A stretch of DNA of 64,000 bases from Octopus sinensis (Eukaryota): positions 69,254,001 to 69,318,000 of the forward strand of contig NC_042997.1 of NCBI RefSeq assembly GCF_006345805.1, in the 5' to 3' direction. The position numbers and the translations under genes are program-made. Position 1 is the first letter of the stretch; every line of letters begins with the position of its first letter. The notes beneath the pieces were generated by a model. It saw only the letters and a list, made by a program, of their open reading frames with translations, ran no database searches and was not told the DNA's origin. Below are positions 1-15,239 of this stretch, one piece after another.

Positions 1-2080
1 CTTGTCCTCCAGCTTCACAAGAACTGAGACGAAGTGTTGAAGACTGTAGCCAGTCTTATTCAGAAATGGGTAGAGACAAAGCTATCCCTGAAAGGTTGGG
101 CAGTAATGTCGAATGCCTACCATCGCCTCCGTTAACATTTATCGCTTGACCGTCGTGCTTTGACTTGGCTACTGCTTGATCAGGTTGCAAAGTCTGTTAA
201 TTACTTTCTTGTGGAAAGGACGCATTGCCATCATCAGGCAATCGGTGAGCTACTAGTAACCTCTGCGTGACGGCTTAGGCATGCCTTGGCTTCTAATGCG
301 CTAACACGCATTGATGTTGCCTCACCTGCAACGATTCCTAGATGGTGAACGTGCGAGGGCTCCGTTCATGAGACACGCCATTCAGCAGTTCGTCTCGTTG
401 ACGGAGCTGCAATCCTGGGTGAAACAAAAGACCGAGACAGAGCACTCACAACTCTCTCCAAATTGGAAAATGGGATCAGTGAATATTTCACTCTAGCAAA
501 TAAAGAAGATTAGTGGCTGGAAAGTGTCACGACGGTCTTGGGGGTAGTCTGGGTGTTGAACTGCTCTGTTCCGGAGGACTTTGCGTTTGGGCACTATCCT
601 GGATAAGTTCCAAAAGTTCTTGGCACGGCAGTGCTACCGAGGGGCACCACATACTGGAGGCAAACTCTGCAGGCACAAATGTGCTGTCAGACGGGCTTGT
701 TCGAGATGCGCGCAGAGAGACGAAACTGATCTGTATGCCCATGTTCAATGTCCGAGCATTGTTGAATTCTAGCGGTATGTTGAACAGCTCTATCGCGTGC
801 GGGATAGATCCGTCTATTGGCCGAATCCATAGTGATGACTGCCCTACTACATTTTTAATCGTGCAGGTAAGACAGTTTTCTTTTATTTGGTGGTGATTGC
901 AAAAAGTTTGTCGAATGGACGATGCTGTAAGGCATGAGGACAGATGTTTTCCTCTTTGGTTGATCCCTCATCGACATTTTCAATTTTTACTTGAAAAGGA
1001 GAGTAATGATAGAGAGAGGGAGGTGTTGTCCTCGAATTAAGTTATTGTAAGGTAAGTGAAAGTTGCAAAAATAGCAGAAGTAGATGTCACCGCTTTAAAT
1101 GCGGACCTGTGAGATGGAGAACTGGAATTGGGGAGGGTACTTGACTTTGGGGTACAGGGAAATCTTGGATACTGAGGTTCCTCCATTGTCACTAGAAGTT
1201 CTTCTGTATCAGGAGGGTGATATCACTTCCAACTTTTTATTTTACCATCTCATTCTTATATCTGTCTTTGTACTGTCCCCACTCACCTAAGAGCCGGAGT
1301 CGATATAATCGACTGCACCCTCTATGCAAATACCTAGCTTTCTCCTTATATAAGAACACCATGTCAGTAGTTTTATATTTAGAGTTCGATATGATTAGTG
1401 TATGTATGTTCCTATCTTTTATGTCAACTACCAGTGTCACTAAAAATATTCATAAAATTCTTCCATTTTGTTTCAGGGTTGTAATATATTTTTTCGGTAT
1501 ATCAGAACAGAAATTAAATTTTTTTTTTGTTTATTTATCTATTTCGTCTTAAATTTTACTATTTACTTGAAATCTTCCTACCTTCCAGCTTTATACTGAT
1601 GTTTGATGTATTTAGAGGAAGTCGTGCGGACTGCCTAAAATTCACTGTATAGTGAATAGTAAAATAGTGAAGAAATCTGGTCGTGTGATTTAGAAATTTA
1701 CTTTGCAAGGAAGGAAGTAACATGTTCAGTCATAATGCGAGGTATTTCGGCTGCCAAAGTCTTGTCTTATCCCCAAGCATTTTCAGCAACATTATGCAAA
1801 TGTAAACTGTGTAGAGGACCTTTGCATGAGCTCTGCTTGTGATCCAAAATGTCAGACTTAACGGCCAGAGTTTACATTATGATTAAAGTGTCCATGTCTA
1901 CAACCTAATGTAAATGGTGTTGTTGATCCATCAATTGAAATGTTAGTCGTCAAATCCGACTGAGGATCTACGCACTGCAAAACCCCGCAATGACAAGGAA
2001 TGATTTAATTTATCCCCCAAAAGAAATTTACTGCGAGTACAGAAGACACTCAGTCCTGTTCAGCAATTATGAATACCCTT
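1..2080 (-). mobile_element. Highly decayed retroelement pol-like remnant (Gypsy/LTR versus non-LTR unresolved)
   Basis: GC-richer than flanks. Broken minus-strand frames give only weak echoes of pol motifs (protease-like ISIDG..F..VD, 'SVSKISL', 'KACLSR', 'FQG(D)S'). Many stops and frameshifts. Confidence 0.25.
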
Positions 2081-2589
2081 GAAAGATATACTTTTGTCAT
2101 AAGACAAATTGCTTTATAACATTTACAAGAAAGGTGAAGGTGTTACGACGTTAGTTGGTTTTAGCAGAAGTAGAAAAGAAAGTATAAAAGGGTGGAAAGA
2201 AGCAAGAGGAAGACAAGTCAGCGAGATCCAAAAAAGCAAACAGTAAGACCTACCACAAGCCTGTGTACCTGTATGCGGATGTATGTATCTTTATGTGAAT
2301 CAATGTGTAATAAGATGATATTGGATAGTAGATTTTACCTTTTAATTTTTTTTCTTTTTTGTTTATTTTTCGCTTTTTCTTTTGGTTTCACATTTGTAAA
2401 GACCAAATTACACAAACGGTCATTGAGTGAGATAGACAAGAAAAGTTAGTGCTGGTGGTAGTGGTGGTTTTGAGCTCTGTTGAAATGTATACGTATGGAA
2501 ATGAAATGAAATGACCCATCAATTATCGTTTGTCCTGCAGTGTGTCACATGGGCGATAACTGAGAAAATGTTGAATTAGGAGAAAGGTA

Positions 2590-2725
2590 TACATACATAC
2601 ATACATACGTACATACATACATACATATATGCAAGCGTATGTATATGACAGTCTATACATGTATCTATACATGACTGTGTGTGCGTGTTGGCGGGTGAGT
2701 ATGTGTGTTTCCCTGTGCGTGCATA

Positions 2726-2816
<91 letters not shown>

Positions 2817-2857
2817 GTATGTATATAATATATATATATATATATATGTATATGTAT

Positions 2858-2904
<47 letters not shown>

Positions 2905-2905
2905 A

Positions 2906-2951
<46 letters not shown>

Positions 2952-2960
2952 ATATAATAT

Positions 2961-2991
<31 letters not shown>

Positions 2992-3050
2992 GACTACAGT
3001 CAAACGACTGAAACAAGTGAAAGAAAGTAAAAGAATATATACATACACAC
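2590..3050. repeat. Compound (TACA)n/(TA)n/(TG)n microsatellite block
   Basis: Directly visible; source of the YI/CV-repeat ORFs. Similar blocks occur at about 3310-3735, 9710-9900, 13305-13490, 16870-17110, 28790-29280, 36830-36980, 52060-52340 and 58930-59060. Confidence 0.95.
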
Positions 3051-3734
3051 ATACACAAAGATAGGGAGAGTGAGAGAGAGAGACAAAGGGAGAGAGAAAG
3101 GAGATAGGGAGTCAGACAGACAGACGGACCCCGCTAATATCAGTTTCTTTCTGACGAACTATTATATTACGGGGGAGTAAATAATCTAACAACCATTGTC
3201 AAGCGGTGACAAGCAGAACTAAACATACACATACGCATTTCTTTCTCTCTCTACCACTCCCCCCACACAGGCAGACACTCACACACACTGATAAACTGCA
3301 TATCTATCCACCTACCTACCTACCTACCTACATATATACATACATATATTGTGCGTGTGTCTGTGTGATGTGTGTATATGTATATATATATATATGCATG
3401 CATCTATATATATATACATATATGTATATAATTATAATTAGGGGTCAGCTAATTGCTTATATATATATATGTATATATATGTATATATATGAATATATAC
3501 GTATATATATATGTGTATATATGTATATATATGTATATATAAGTAAATATATATATATATGCATACGCACGCGCATACATACACACCTATGATATTTATT
3601 TATAAATAGATATATCTATATATACATATAGGTAAGTATCTGTGTATGTATCTATATATGTATATGTGTGTGTGTGTGTGTTTATATATATGTATGAATA
3701 TATAGATTTATATATGTATATATATGTATATATA

Positions 3735-5002
3735 CGAGGGAGGGTCAAAAATTATACGCACACTTGTTTTTTTAATGTATTTACGCAAAAGCAGGGGATA
3801 AACAAATACGTCATTTTTCTATATAGTCTCCTTCCTTTTCGAGGCACTTGGTCCGGCGGTCCACAAGCTTGCGTATTTCATCTAAGAAGGTTTTTCGGTT
3901 GATAGTGCAATCATTTATGCACCACTTCCTTCACATCTTAATCCGTAAGAAATCAACGAACTCGTAAACCATGTTTGAGCAGTCCAAAGATTTGATAGGG
4001 GCGAGATCTGGGATGTAGGTAGAGTTTTCCAGCACCACAAAACCCAATTGGTTAATGGTTTCAACGGTCTGGGCGGCCGTGAGTAAGGGTGCATTGTCTC
4101 GCAACAACAAAACTGTCTTCGACAATTAGGCTTCGGTGTTTGGTGCGACTTGCTGGCTTCAGTTTGTTGGCCAGCAAAGTACTGTATGTTGCACTGTTGA
4201 TTGTACACCCCTTTTTCCAGCTGGTTTTCCAGTATAGTCACTTTTGATTCCCCAAAAAGGGTTAGCATCACCTTTCCCGCGGAAAACTGAGCCTTGAATT
4301 TCTTCATCATTGGCGAGCCAGGCTGTCTGCACTCTACACTCCGTCTTTTGGTTTCTGCCTCACAATGATGGACCCACGTTTTATCTCCTGTGACTATTCT
4401 GTTCAAAATTCCTCACCCTCATTGTTGTAGCGATCGAGTAAACTTTAGCAGATCTCAAGACGTTTGCGTATGTGCTCTACAGTAAGCTCTCTTGGTGTCC
4501 ATCTTAGACAGGCTTTGTGGAACCATGACTAATCTGCAGAGAACGAGTCACCTCATCGATGATAACTCGCCGGCTCACCATTATCATCTCACGAGTTTGC
4601 TGAATTTTCTCATCAGTGGTGGAGGTTCACGGGTGTTCTGCGCCCGCTTCGTGCGCCACGCTTGTTCGGCCACTTTTAAACTTCTCGATCCACTCATGCA
4701 CACTTCTACGCTGTAGTGTACTGCCCCCGTATTGCGTTAAAAGCCTCCGATGAATTTCAGTACCTGACACACTTTCCGACCAGAGAAATCGGATCACTAC
4801 TCTTTCGTCTTCTTTGGTGCATATTGCTAGTGGAGCGACCATGCTTACACTGTCAAGCCAAAAAGGAAAATGGTGCGATCAGGCTCAAACTTGGATCATG
4901 TAACCACAATAGTGCCACCTATAAACACGCATGCGTAGAAGGCAGTGTGACAATGATAAAGATATATTATGACGGAAGTGTGGATAATTTTTGACTTGCC
5001 TC

Positions 5003-5003
<1 letters not shown>
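3735..5003 (-). mobile_element. Full-length mariner (Tc1/mariner superfamily) transposon, decayed
   Basis: Imperfect TIRs CGAGGGAGGGTCAAAAATTATACGCACACT (3735-) and AGTGTGGATAATTTTTGACTTGCCTCG (-5003), TA on both sides, about 1.27 kb, with an internal transposase. Confidence 0.92.
3811..4842 (-). pseudogene. Mariner transposase pseudogene
   Basis: Frameshifted pieces: HTH (RVVIRFLW..EIHRRL..YG..SVHEWIEKFKSGRTSV), IVTGDKTWVHH, SAGKVMLT, LLLRDNAP, YIPDLAP (=YSPDLAP) and C-terminal KCLEKEGDYIEK*. Confidence 0.9.
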
Positions 5004-5038
<35 letters not shown>

Positions 5039-5263
5039 ACATAAACAATTGCAGCGTGGAAGGTGTTTGCTGCACGGATTTTGTCAGTGAACAGGTTGCG
5101 GATTTTAGCGACGAAAATATTTTGACAAATTAAACTTAAATGTTGAAGTGAATCGAACGGCTTTTGTGTGTTTCTTAAATGGCTTACAAACACCTTCCAC
5201 GCTGCAATTGTTTTCGTTCCAGCACACGATCTCAGATCAAATCACTTGCTATGCAGTACATCT

Positions 5264-5319
<56 letters not shown>

Positions 5320-5435
5320 ATATACGGACACAGATCATGAACCAGATGCTAAAAAGTAGTAACATCGTTCGAATTAGGACTGCTACCTCGCGTTGGTTAA
5401 TGGGCTTAAACGGTACAGTACTGCTACTTCATAGT

Positions 5436-5813
5436 TCTCGCTCAGCGATTTAAAGCTAGTTGTTTTCTCTTTGCGAGATCAGCGATTGTGTGTCACTTTA
5501 AAAGTCTATACTGTGAGCAATAGCGAGTGGCTGCTATCCTGAGCCAGTGGTTGTCCTCTATTGTCCTCTGTAGACTCAGAAACCATTGGTCTACCGATAT
5601 CGCAACGGCTAGAAAGGGAGCGGTAGGCTCCCCAGCTCACAGTATACGGACTCAAAGCATGTGTCGGTAGCCAGCTGAAAAGTTGTTTTACTGAGGATAA
5701 AAAAAAAATAGTAACTTCGTCCTACGCAGGACTGCCATCTTACGTTGGCAAATTGACTTTAAACATATATATATATAAATATACACACAACAATAATAAA
5801 TCGCTGAGCGAGA
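5436..5813. repeat. Short inverted-repeat (MITE-like) remnant
   Basis: 17-bp perfect IR TCTCGCTCAGCGATTTA (5436-5452) / TAAATCGCTGAGCGAGA (5797-5813), with a nested IR TATACTGTGAGC / GCTCACAGTATA. Confidence 0.4.
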
Positions 5814-5959
5814 TTTTAACAGTAACAGCACGATATCGTGTGGGATATTTGCCACCTAAATGTGGCTGACCATAAAGGGACAATGCTACTGTAGTTTATA
5901 GCCCCAGGAAGATATTCTTCCAGCTGGCTATTGACACATTGTCTGTGCCCGGTCAGTAT

Positions 5960-6004
<45 letters not shown>

Positions 6005-6009
6005 ATATA

Positions 6010-6047
<38 letters not shown>

Positions 6048-6606
6048 TAGCTGGTCATATATTTCCGTGCTTTTGATCATTATACGTCTATAAGAGGTGC
6101 TTTCTCGAGACAAATACCGCAGTTTAGTAGGTTTTCAAAAGGCTATCTTCTTTAGGCAGTGCTGCTTTGAACAAGTACTGCTTCCGTCGCTTATAACGAA
6201 TAAAACACAGTCTTTTGCTTTAGTTACCTATTTATGTTGTTCATATATTTATTTATATGGAGAGGGAAAGAGGCGGAAACAGAGAATGAAAAATAATTCA
6301 GTGTGTAAATGAGAGACTGAACAAATATCTGTGCGAAGTATCTATCATGCTCTTATCAGTGTATCTTCGTGGTTGTGTACATCAACACAGTTCTCATGTA
6401 TCTTCCATTGTTTTATTATTGTTTGCATGATGGTTTCGGTTATTAATGTTAATGTTATGCTTGATGATATGTTGTTTTTTTTCTTTGTAGTGTAGTTTAT
6501 CGTCCATCATCAGGCTTGTTTTATTTTCCTTCTTAATCCTGTTTCGATTATAGTTAATTGTAGTTATCACTAAAGCAGGAGCACCAGCAGCGAAAGTAGC
6601 AGCAAC

Positions 6607-6672
<66 letters not shown>
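6607..6672. repeat. (TAG)n microsatellite
   Basis: Pure GTA/TAG trinucleotide run. Confidence 0.95.
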
Positions 6673-6673
<1 letters not shown>

Positions 6674-7840
6674 AGAGTAAGAGTAGTAATAACAATAGTG
6701 GTGGTGTTGTGTTAGTAGTGTCCGCGTTGGTCATCAGTTTTGCTGTTCTTGTAAAGAGCTCGGTCGCAAATTCATTTTGCTGTTAAAGTTACATCGTAAT
6801 TTTTTTCTTTATATATTTCAGTGTTTTGTAAATTTCGTTTCGTCTTAATGCTTTTTGATAGCTACATGTTTCCTGTTGTAATATTCTAGTCTCAGACTCC
6901 AGAAACCTATCTTTAAAGGCGTTCCGCCATTTTAAAGACAATGTATCCATATGATTTCCTCGTATGTAGTTAATTTTATCAGACGCGCACTTTAACATCC
7001 CCATATATATGTGTGTGTGTGTTTACGAAGTGGTGTCAAAGAGTTCCCGGACTAGTTCTGTAGCGCACCAACAGATGGCAGCACATTTCTAGCAGTTCAG
7101 TTGCCCAGATAGAAGCTCTCACATTTGTTCGTTGTTTTTGTTTAACCCTAGGTCAAATTTAATCCAGTAGCCACGCAATGAAAGTATTCCAGTTCTTTCT
7201 CGTCTTTCGTTTCAGGATCACAGGGTCACGTTATCCAGAGTGTCCTTTCTTAAACGGTAAGGTATGATTTGAGTGAAACCTAGCAGTTAATTCTGGAATA
7301 GTTAGCGATCACGTAGATGTTCCTAGATTGGCTCGTTGTTGAGTTTGTTGACTGTGACAGCGATGACGCAAATGATGACGTTGATGATAATGGCTTAAGG
7401 AAGACCTTGTAAACCTCTTTTCGCCATTTGACTTCATTCACAATCCTAATAGATATACATAATACATAAACGCCTCATGCTTCTATTTTCATTCCCTATA
7501 AACACCTGTGGTCTTGTATATTTATTGGGTTTTGCTGTAGTTGTGTATGTTGGGCTGACATCTGGAATCCGAGGAATGTGGTGAAAATCTAGTATCACCA
7601 AAAATTAATTGAAAAAAAAAAAGACATTCATTTGCTTCATACAAATGAATTTATTAAACTTATCTACTACCTAGTATATTGGCTTTAAGGTTCTTTTCAT
7701 TTTCTTCAGGTTTACACACCTACAATTTAGTCCATGTTTGAAATATACAGTAAACAAAACTTTTCTCTGTTTTGGTTTCCTATATTTTTTGTTTAGATTT
7801 TACTATCTCTCTCTCTTTCTCTCTCTCTCTCTCACACATA

Positions 7841-7889
<49 letters not shown>

Positions 7890-9741
7890 TGATTGCAGTC
7901 ACTTGTCTCACAAATAATGTTTTATTTTGTTCTATTCGTTACATTGTTTGGATCTTTCACAATAAAATGTTGTAAGGTACAGTTGAATTTAATATATGGA
8001 TCATTGTTTTTATGTCTGAGATGATTTTCTTTCGGAATCTATTTGTGTATGGTTTAAATGTAACCATACTTGAAACACCTAACGGTTGAGTTCTGAAATA
8101 CTCAAATTAAGTAAGGTTTCTGTAGAGTTGTTTCTTTGAAGTTTATTGTAGACGTCGTTATTTATTTATTACATATCGGCAAATATGTATCAATACCCTG
8201 TTGAATTTTCTTAGTGTCTTTATATCAAAGTTGAACTTCAGTTGGAAGTTATACCTGTGTTTCTTAAACTTTATTTTATTAGATCATAGACAATAGCTCA
8301 GTCTCAAAACTTCTAAGATCTCTAACATATAGTGGGCAATTTCATATTCAAAATATGTTATGTATTTGTGCCCATTGAGTTCCAATTGTTCAACCATATT
8401 TGGTCTTTCTTGCGCTTACAGTTCAATATTCACAAAATGTTAAAGATATAACAGTTCACATCTTAATGCTTTGGTTAGTGTCGCACAGTTCAGGAGCTGT
8501 TATCTTTTAACTGTCGGATTTAGTTCATATACTCAAAGGTGTCTAATTTTAAAAACTACAAAACGCTCTACACACTATGAAAATACAATCTTTAATTTTT
8601 CTCTTCGAAATCTTTTGCCTTATGAGTCAATCACGCACTGAAATTTTAACAAGTAGCTACGTAGTACATGTATCTGATCGATATATCAACTTTACTTTCC
8701 TGCCTTACACCACACTTTCTATCTTTAACTGGAGTGACGCAAAGAGCGGAGAAGTGTTCTGAAATCATCTAATCTTGCAGTACACACACACACTTAGTTT
8801 TGTGAACTTTTGTTTTTTAATGCATTCTTTTATTTTTGCCCGCTTATGCCATTACTACTTGCCTCGGACTGCTTGCTCCTTTTCTATATATGATATATAT
8901 ACTTACATATAAACCCACCTACTTAACTAAGTATCAAACTACTTGCCTACCTTTTCCTACATACCTGTAAGTCCATCTATCCGACCGACCCCCAATTTAT
9001 CACAAGAGACAACTACAAGGAAAGAAAATTGTACATAAGAAAATGACAACAAACACTTAAAATAAGAGAGCCAGAACAAAAATCATGAACAAATAACACA
9101 GCAAAACGAGCTACGATAAAGAACCGATGGGACGATCCTGTGGCTACGTGTGAGAGAGTAAAAGAGAAAACATGTCTGAATGGATTATATTGTTTTACAT
9201 GTCATATCCACCAGGGGGTAACAAACAGCGGTAGGGGTCGATGCAATGGGTTAAAAGAGAGTGAGGCTAGGTGGAGGTGTTGGGGCCTGCAAGGTGACGT
9301 GGTGCTGTGAAAGTTTAGTTTGTTGGTTACAACAAGCAAATAGTATTTATTATTATTATTGTTATTATTATTGCTATTATTAATTGAACCGTCGAACCTT
9401 TCCTTATTCTATTCCTTTCCCTCATTCCTTTCTTATCTGTTTATATGACAGTCTTTCACAAAAAAACACGAGACATGGGATTACTGTCGAAGTTAGCATA
9501 CCGTGAGGAGGTGGTCGAAGATAGATGAGGATGAGATTGATGGCTTTTGTTCATGGAAGTGTATGAATGAAATCGTTTAGGATGTGGCAATTGGTTTTAC
9601 TTTCCAAACATTTCGTTGGCATTTCACGAGGAGAGGATATATGTACTGTATAGCATCCATAATGACATATGCAAAGAAGTAGTTTGGGATCGTTTAGTAA
9701 AAGTTTTTGATATATGTATACATGTATGTATGTGTATGTAT

Positions 9742-9812
<71 letters not shown>

Positions 9813-9813
9813 A

Positions 9814-9859
<46 letters not shown>

Positions 9860-10241
9860 ATATATATATATGTATGTATGTATGTATGTATTATGTATAA
9901 AGATATAAAAAGGAATACAAAAAATGGGATAAGAATGCAAAACATCCAGAGAAGTTAGATGATACAAAAAAGGGACAAGAAAAAATAAGGATGAGTCATT
10001 CGGAGTTTCCTTTCCTCAGTCGAGTTCCAGATTATCTTTGCAATTTCGGCAGCTTATACTCGAGATTGCTCCAGTCTGGCCAGCCCCAAGAAAAAAAACT
10101 AAACTAAGAGCACTAGATTCCTTGGAAGAATGCAGCAAATGTATACGAAAACAGGGACAGAAAAAAAACGGAGAAATGGTACACAAATACAAATGCAAAT
10201 AACAGGACATTAATAATAGGTGTAATTCGATCAAGTACGAG

Positions 10242-10497
10242 TTGGTTGGTTGGTTGGTTGGTTGGTTGGTTGGTTGGTTGGTTGGTTGGTTGGTTGATAT
10301 TATTTTATTCTTTTACATGCTTCAGTCATTTGACTGCGGAGCAATTCATTTGTGTATACGCTCGCATGCATAGGACTGTTTCACGTACACATTTACACAT
10401 TTATTCACACAAATTCTCAAACTTTTGCATACATATTCACGGTTTCACTTATATATACGCACAGCCAAACAGATAAATATACACACACACACATTAC

Positions 10498-10591
<94 letters not shown>

Positions 10592-10600
10592 GCCTGTCTG
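10242..10600. repeat. (GTTG)n and (CTAT)n microsatellites flanking a SINE tail
   Basis: GTTG run at about 10242-10293, SINE-A tail (TTTTACATGCTTCAGTCATTTGACTGCGG), CTAT run at about 10496-10590. Confidence 0.85.
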
Positions 10601-12789
10601 TCTGTCTGTCTCTCTATCTGCCTGTCTCTCTGTCGCTCTCTCTCTTTCTCTCCCTGTCTCTGTCTCTCTTTCTCTCTATATATATATAGTTACACACACT
10701 CATTGTGTGATTTAATATATTTTAACAAATATTTTTATTTGTAGTGACAAATGGACATTAGCATTACACTGAGTTTAAGATGAACTTTGTATTTAAGAGT
10801 TCTATTGGCATTTGCTATTTATACGGCTTTATAGAGCAACTGAATGTAAATTCTATGACCAATTTCGCAATATACTTGATTCTTTTGGAAGTGTCTGATT
10901 AATAATCAGAAAATATATCTAGTGATGAATTAGTTTACATTCAGAAAGAATAGGGCATGGAACTAAAACTTTGTACAGTTTTTATCTGAGAAGGAATAGT
11001 AAATAACATATCTATCTTTAAACCTACCTCTTTTCAAAACCTCTTTATAATAAACTATTTTGTTGAAGGACAATATAACGGATGAAATACAAAATGTATT
11101 ATACTATTATTTCTTTGTTAAATTATTGAAAATGGCAGGTGAGTTACCTGAAGCAGTTTCTATATAGTGAAAGTTTTTCTTTCTTGATGGGTAAATAATT
11201 GTTTGGGTTTAGAACAGTTACTGTACGTAATTTTACGTCAACTATAATTTTAAGGTTAAAGTCTTAAGATAAGTGACAGTAATATTTTCGGAATCTGTTT
11301 AACATTTGCACTTTCGTTGAGTAATTAATCCATCGTCTTAAAATTAGACATTTTATATTTTTAATCATGTCTTTTAATACATGTAAGGTATAAAGGCCAA
11401 TTGCTCAATACTTTCTGCCTAGTATATGCTATGTTCACTCCTACCATGTCTTCAAAAATAATTCCCTTTGCTTATAAAACTTTAGCTGATCGTTTCGTAC
11501 GTTTTTATATCTAAACCTTTTGTTGATATTTAATGCTCTATGGAGCAAAGACTTTGGTACTGATGGAATACATTCATTGATGTTAGATTGGGTAAGATTA
11601 CGCAATTGTTGCCGTTAATATTATTTCCCATAAATATTTCATCTACAATGAAGCAAATGCTATTAAGACTGTTTCTATAGTATATATTCCATTAAGAATT
11701 CGATAGTCCTATACAAATGAATTTGAATGTTGCATATTTACATAATGATTCACTTATGACTATTTCGGCAAGAAGAATGAATGCTGTTTAATTGATGAAA
11801 TCAGAATAATGCAGAAATATGTTCTGAGTTCTCATTCACATGTGCCGTGCCATAAAAATAACCATTGATTAATAGTAAATTTCCTCACAATATATTTAAT
11901 ACATGCATAATATCCAGATTGTGCGCTAATTATTACATAGGACTTAAAAGTCTGATAATTAAATTTTTTATGTTTATTGCTTTAATTACGAGAATACAGG
12001 TGTCACGATTTTACTATTATAAAATTTTCGATTCGATGTATGAACCGTGATTAAAAATTAAGGGTGTGAAAACTTTAAAAATTGAGGGTTAAAATGTTTT
12101 TAGTAAATCATATTCGGACTTATAAGAACTAATTTCAGATTTGAACTGTGCGTACATACACGTACATATACACATACATGTTCATGCGTACTTATATGTG
12201 TATATTTACAGATATTTGCATACACACGTGTACACATGCCTACGCACGCACGCTCACGCACACACACACACATAACACGTGTGTAAGTATAAAAAAATAG
12301 GAGAGTTTATTCATGAAATATTAAATTTTGGCACTTTACATGAATGTTATTAAAAATTATGTCTATTATGTGAGGAAAAGCCTTAGAAGCAGATTGTAAT
12401 ATCACATATTCGGAGATTACGTAATCCGCGTAAATATAATGTGAAACATAATGGGCCTCGACAAGAGTTATCGTATCATTTAGAAATACTAAGGTGGATG
12501 TAATCAACTTAGCCTCCACACCTTCAAGTTGTTCCTATGGCAGAAAGAATTATTATTGCGAAATTTGTTAGCAGGTATATTATCTTGAAGTTTGGCGACA
12601 AGTTTTCTCAAATCTCGAGCCATTTCTAGGATTCTTGCAGAATATAGGTTTTTGCAGGTAAAAAAGTTTCAATTTTTAATTTCTCTCGGTCGTTTAGGGT
12701 GTTCTGCCAAGTGCACCAATTATTGCAGAAATAATTATTTTCTTGATTTTCCACTTTCTCTTCAACTCTCTTGCCAGATCCTGATGTTT

Positions 12790-12940
12790 CTCACTTCTTT
12801 CAATTTCTTTCATTTCGATGCTTTCATCCTTTCGGGGTCGATATATTAAGTACCAGTTGAGTACTGGGGTCGATGTAATCGACTATCCCCTCCCCCAAAT
12901 TATTTCAGACTTTGTGCCTATGGCAAAAAGGATTATTAAA
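12790..12940 (+). mobile_element. SINE family B fragment
   Basis: Core CTTTCATCCTTTCGGGGTCGAT..TAAGTACCAGTTG..CTGGGGTCGATGTAATCGAC shared with 29990-30125, 51250-51365 and 63245-63647. Confidence 0.75.
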
Positions 12941-13408
12941 AAACCGAGCTGGCACAACTTTTAGAGTGTCGTAAAAATTCTTTGCAGTATTTTTCTCAAT
13001 CTATTACGTTGATTTCTGGATAGTTGGATCGATGTAAACGATTTACAGCTTCTTTCAAAATTGGTGGCTTTCTAACAAACTTAGAAAGAATTATGGTTGG
13101 TATTGTTACATTCGACGGACTTACATAGAACTTTCATTTGCCGTATTTCACCTACAAGATAGAAATGGCCGTTGAGTTACGATAAAACACAAATGCCACG
13201 CACTGGTATCAACGCAGTAAACTAAATTTGTGATGAAAACTCACTGTTCCAGATTCAGTCACATTGCGTAGCGTTTTGGGCAAGTGTCTTCTATTATACA
13301 TACATATGTATGTATGTATGTACGTATGTATGTATTTATGTATGTATGTATGTATGTATGTATGTATGTATGTATGTACGTATGTATTTATGTATGTATG
13401 TATGTGTG

Positions 13409-13490
<82 letters not shown>

Positions 13491-13491
<1 letters not shown>

Positions 13492-14450
13492 TAGCAGAGA
13501 TACCCGGCATTGCTCGAGATTAAAATGGTTTAGCTTGTATATATATTACAGTTATGTTGAAACGTATGGTTGACAGTCGAATGAATGTAGGTGTAATGGA
13601 GATATCGTACTTAAATGGTTACATTCCGGAAAAGGACTGCAATGTGAGATGACAACAGGCTGCAATGTGAGATAGCAACTGTTGAAATGTTGCAGAAGTC
13701 GAAGGGTTGTAGAATAAGAAGCATAAACGGAACCTATGCAGTCACATGAGAAAATATTTTAATGAATTACTTGTAAAAGTAAAATGTAAAGGCTTACCGC
13801 GTGGTTGGTGAGAGTAATTGGAGAATATGCTTTGATACTGAAGTCCATGCAGGAAACTGCTTTGTTAATGCAGTCTTCGGGTTTATTGTTATATCGAAAT
13901 GGTATTTATCTTCACCATTCACAAAGAGCACTGGATACTGGAGCACATGCTAGGGTGTAGTAATTCCTACAAGACCTCTTGGTAAACAATATTCTTTGTT
14001 TTTGCTTGTGGAAAAAATGCAAATAGATTTTTTTGCTTTCCTCTCTAGAGCAGCCAACATTTAATTGCTTGTGTGAGAAGAATGACTCTTCCAAGAGAAG
14101 TTCTATGACAGACAGTTTTTAACCCGTGATCTATTGATAGACATTGCGAAGTTGATACAAATAGGAAATTGCACTCTTCTGAATTTCTGCTCCCAGTGGA
14201 ACGAGAGGAATACTGGATATGAAAGCATCTTCTTTTCCATATCCAGAGGGAATGGTGGCATCATCTGCTTTACCACTAGGCATGTCCCATTGCAGAGTGT
14301 TTGGTGGATGCAAATCCCTCAATAACATTACTGGAGCTCCCACTTTAAGTTCCAGTCTATGGGGAGGTAGTCCTGAGGATCCAATGAATTGAGAAATTCT
14401 GGGACTGTATGGAGTGACTCATAGATGTGAGGACTTCTAGGAAGGTAGTG
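13491..14450 (-). mobile_element. Helitron 3' remnant (PIF1-like helicase C-terminus plus terminus)
   Basis: Minus strand reads PEFLNSLDP..L.LKVGAPVMLLRDLHPP...FISSIPLVP...FFSHKQLNVGCSR, matching the Helitron helicase. The element ends at CTCGAGCAATGCCGGGTATCTCTGCTAA (decayed hairpin plus CTAG-like end) next to (TA)n. Confidence 0.75.
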
Positions 14451-15239
14451 CAGCAGCTGCTCGTTAATTTTTCTTACAGAGGTATTTTCCATTTTTTTTT
14501 CTTGAGCCAGTTTTGCTCTTTCACACAGCCAATTAAGATTGTAATAATTTTTTGACCAATGGATGCAAGGGACACAATTAATTTTTGAAAGTCACTTCAC
14601 AAAGAGTTACCTACCTTCTCAACATAACACAGGAAAAGGTGCTTTCTGCTCCCAGGGAGCCCGTTACTCATGTGAAAAACTTCTCTTGAACACAAGTAAA
14701 TGTATGTTTCGAGTCTGGACAAAATCAGTTGTTAACTTTAGAAGTTATGCGGTTTTACACGCACACAAACTCACCTATATATGCATTTAGTTTTAGAGTG
14801 TTAATATCCTCGTAACTTAGCATTGCTGCAGTCTAGTGGCTGAAACTAGCAAACGTTAAGAGATAAAAATTATCTATAATGCCAATAATTTGGAGAAGGT
14901 AAACTTAATGATACTAACTGCAATGCTTGCTGTTGTTAATTCTCTTTCAAGGAATAATAGCAAATGTTAGCCATGACGTATTTGTAAATTAGAACGCAAA
15001 AAAAATCTAATTTCTTTAAAACGGTTTGTTTAATTTATCGGGCTGATATCAGTTTTAATAATGGTAGAATGTTTTTGCAATGCCCAAACTCACTCCTGAA
15101 TGAACAAATTTATGATTGTAAACATAATTTATCACTTTCATGCTTTTATTCGCTTTTTTATTCAGACTAGATGTATTGTATATAGAAAATTATCCTTCCA
15201 TTTTTAATACAATAGCTTTTATATTATTTACATTATTTA

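Noticed and set aside
2576-3058. Long ORFs of YI/CV/HT/LSIY repeats here and throughout the window
   Set aside because: They are translations of (TA)n, (TG)n, (CA)n and (CTAT)n microsatellites, which lack stop codons.
7024-7085. Mariner-like TIR word TACGAAGTGGTGTCAAAGAGTTCCCGG
   Set aside because: No partner TIR or transposase sequence found nearby.
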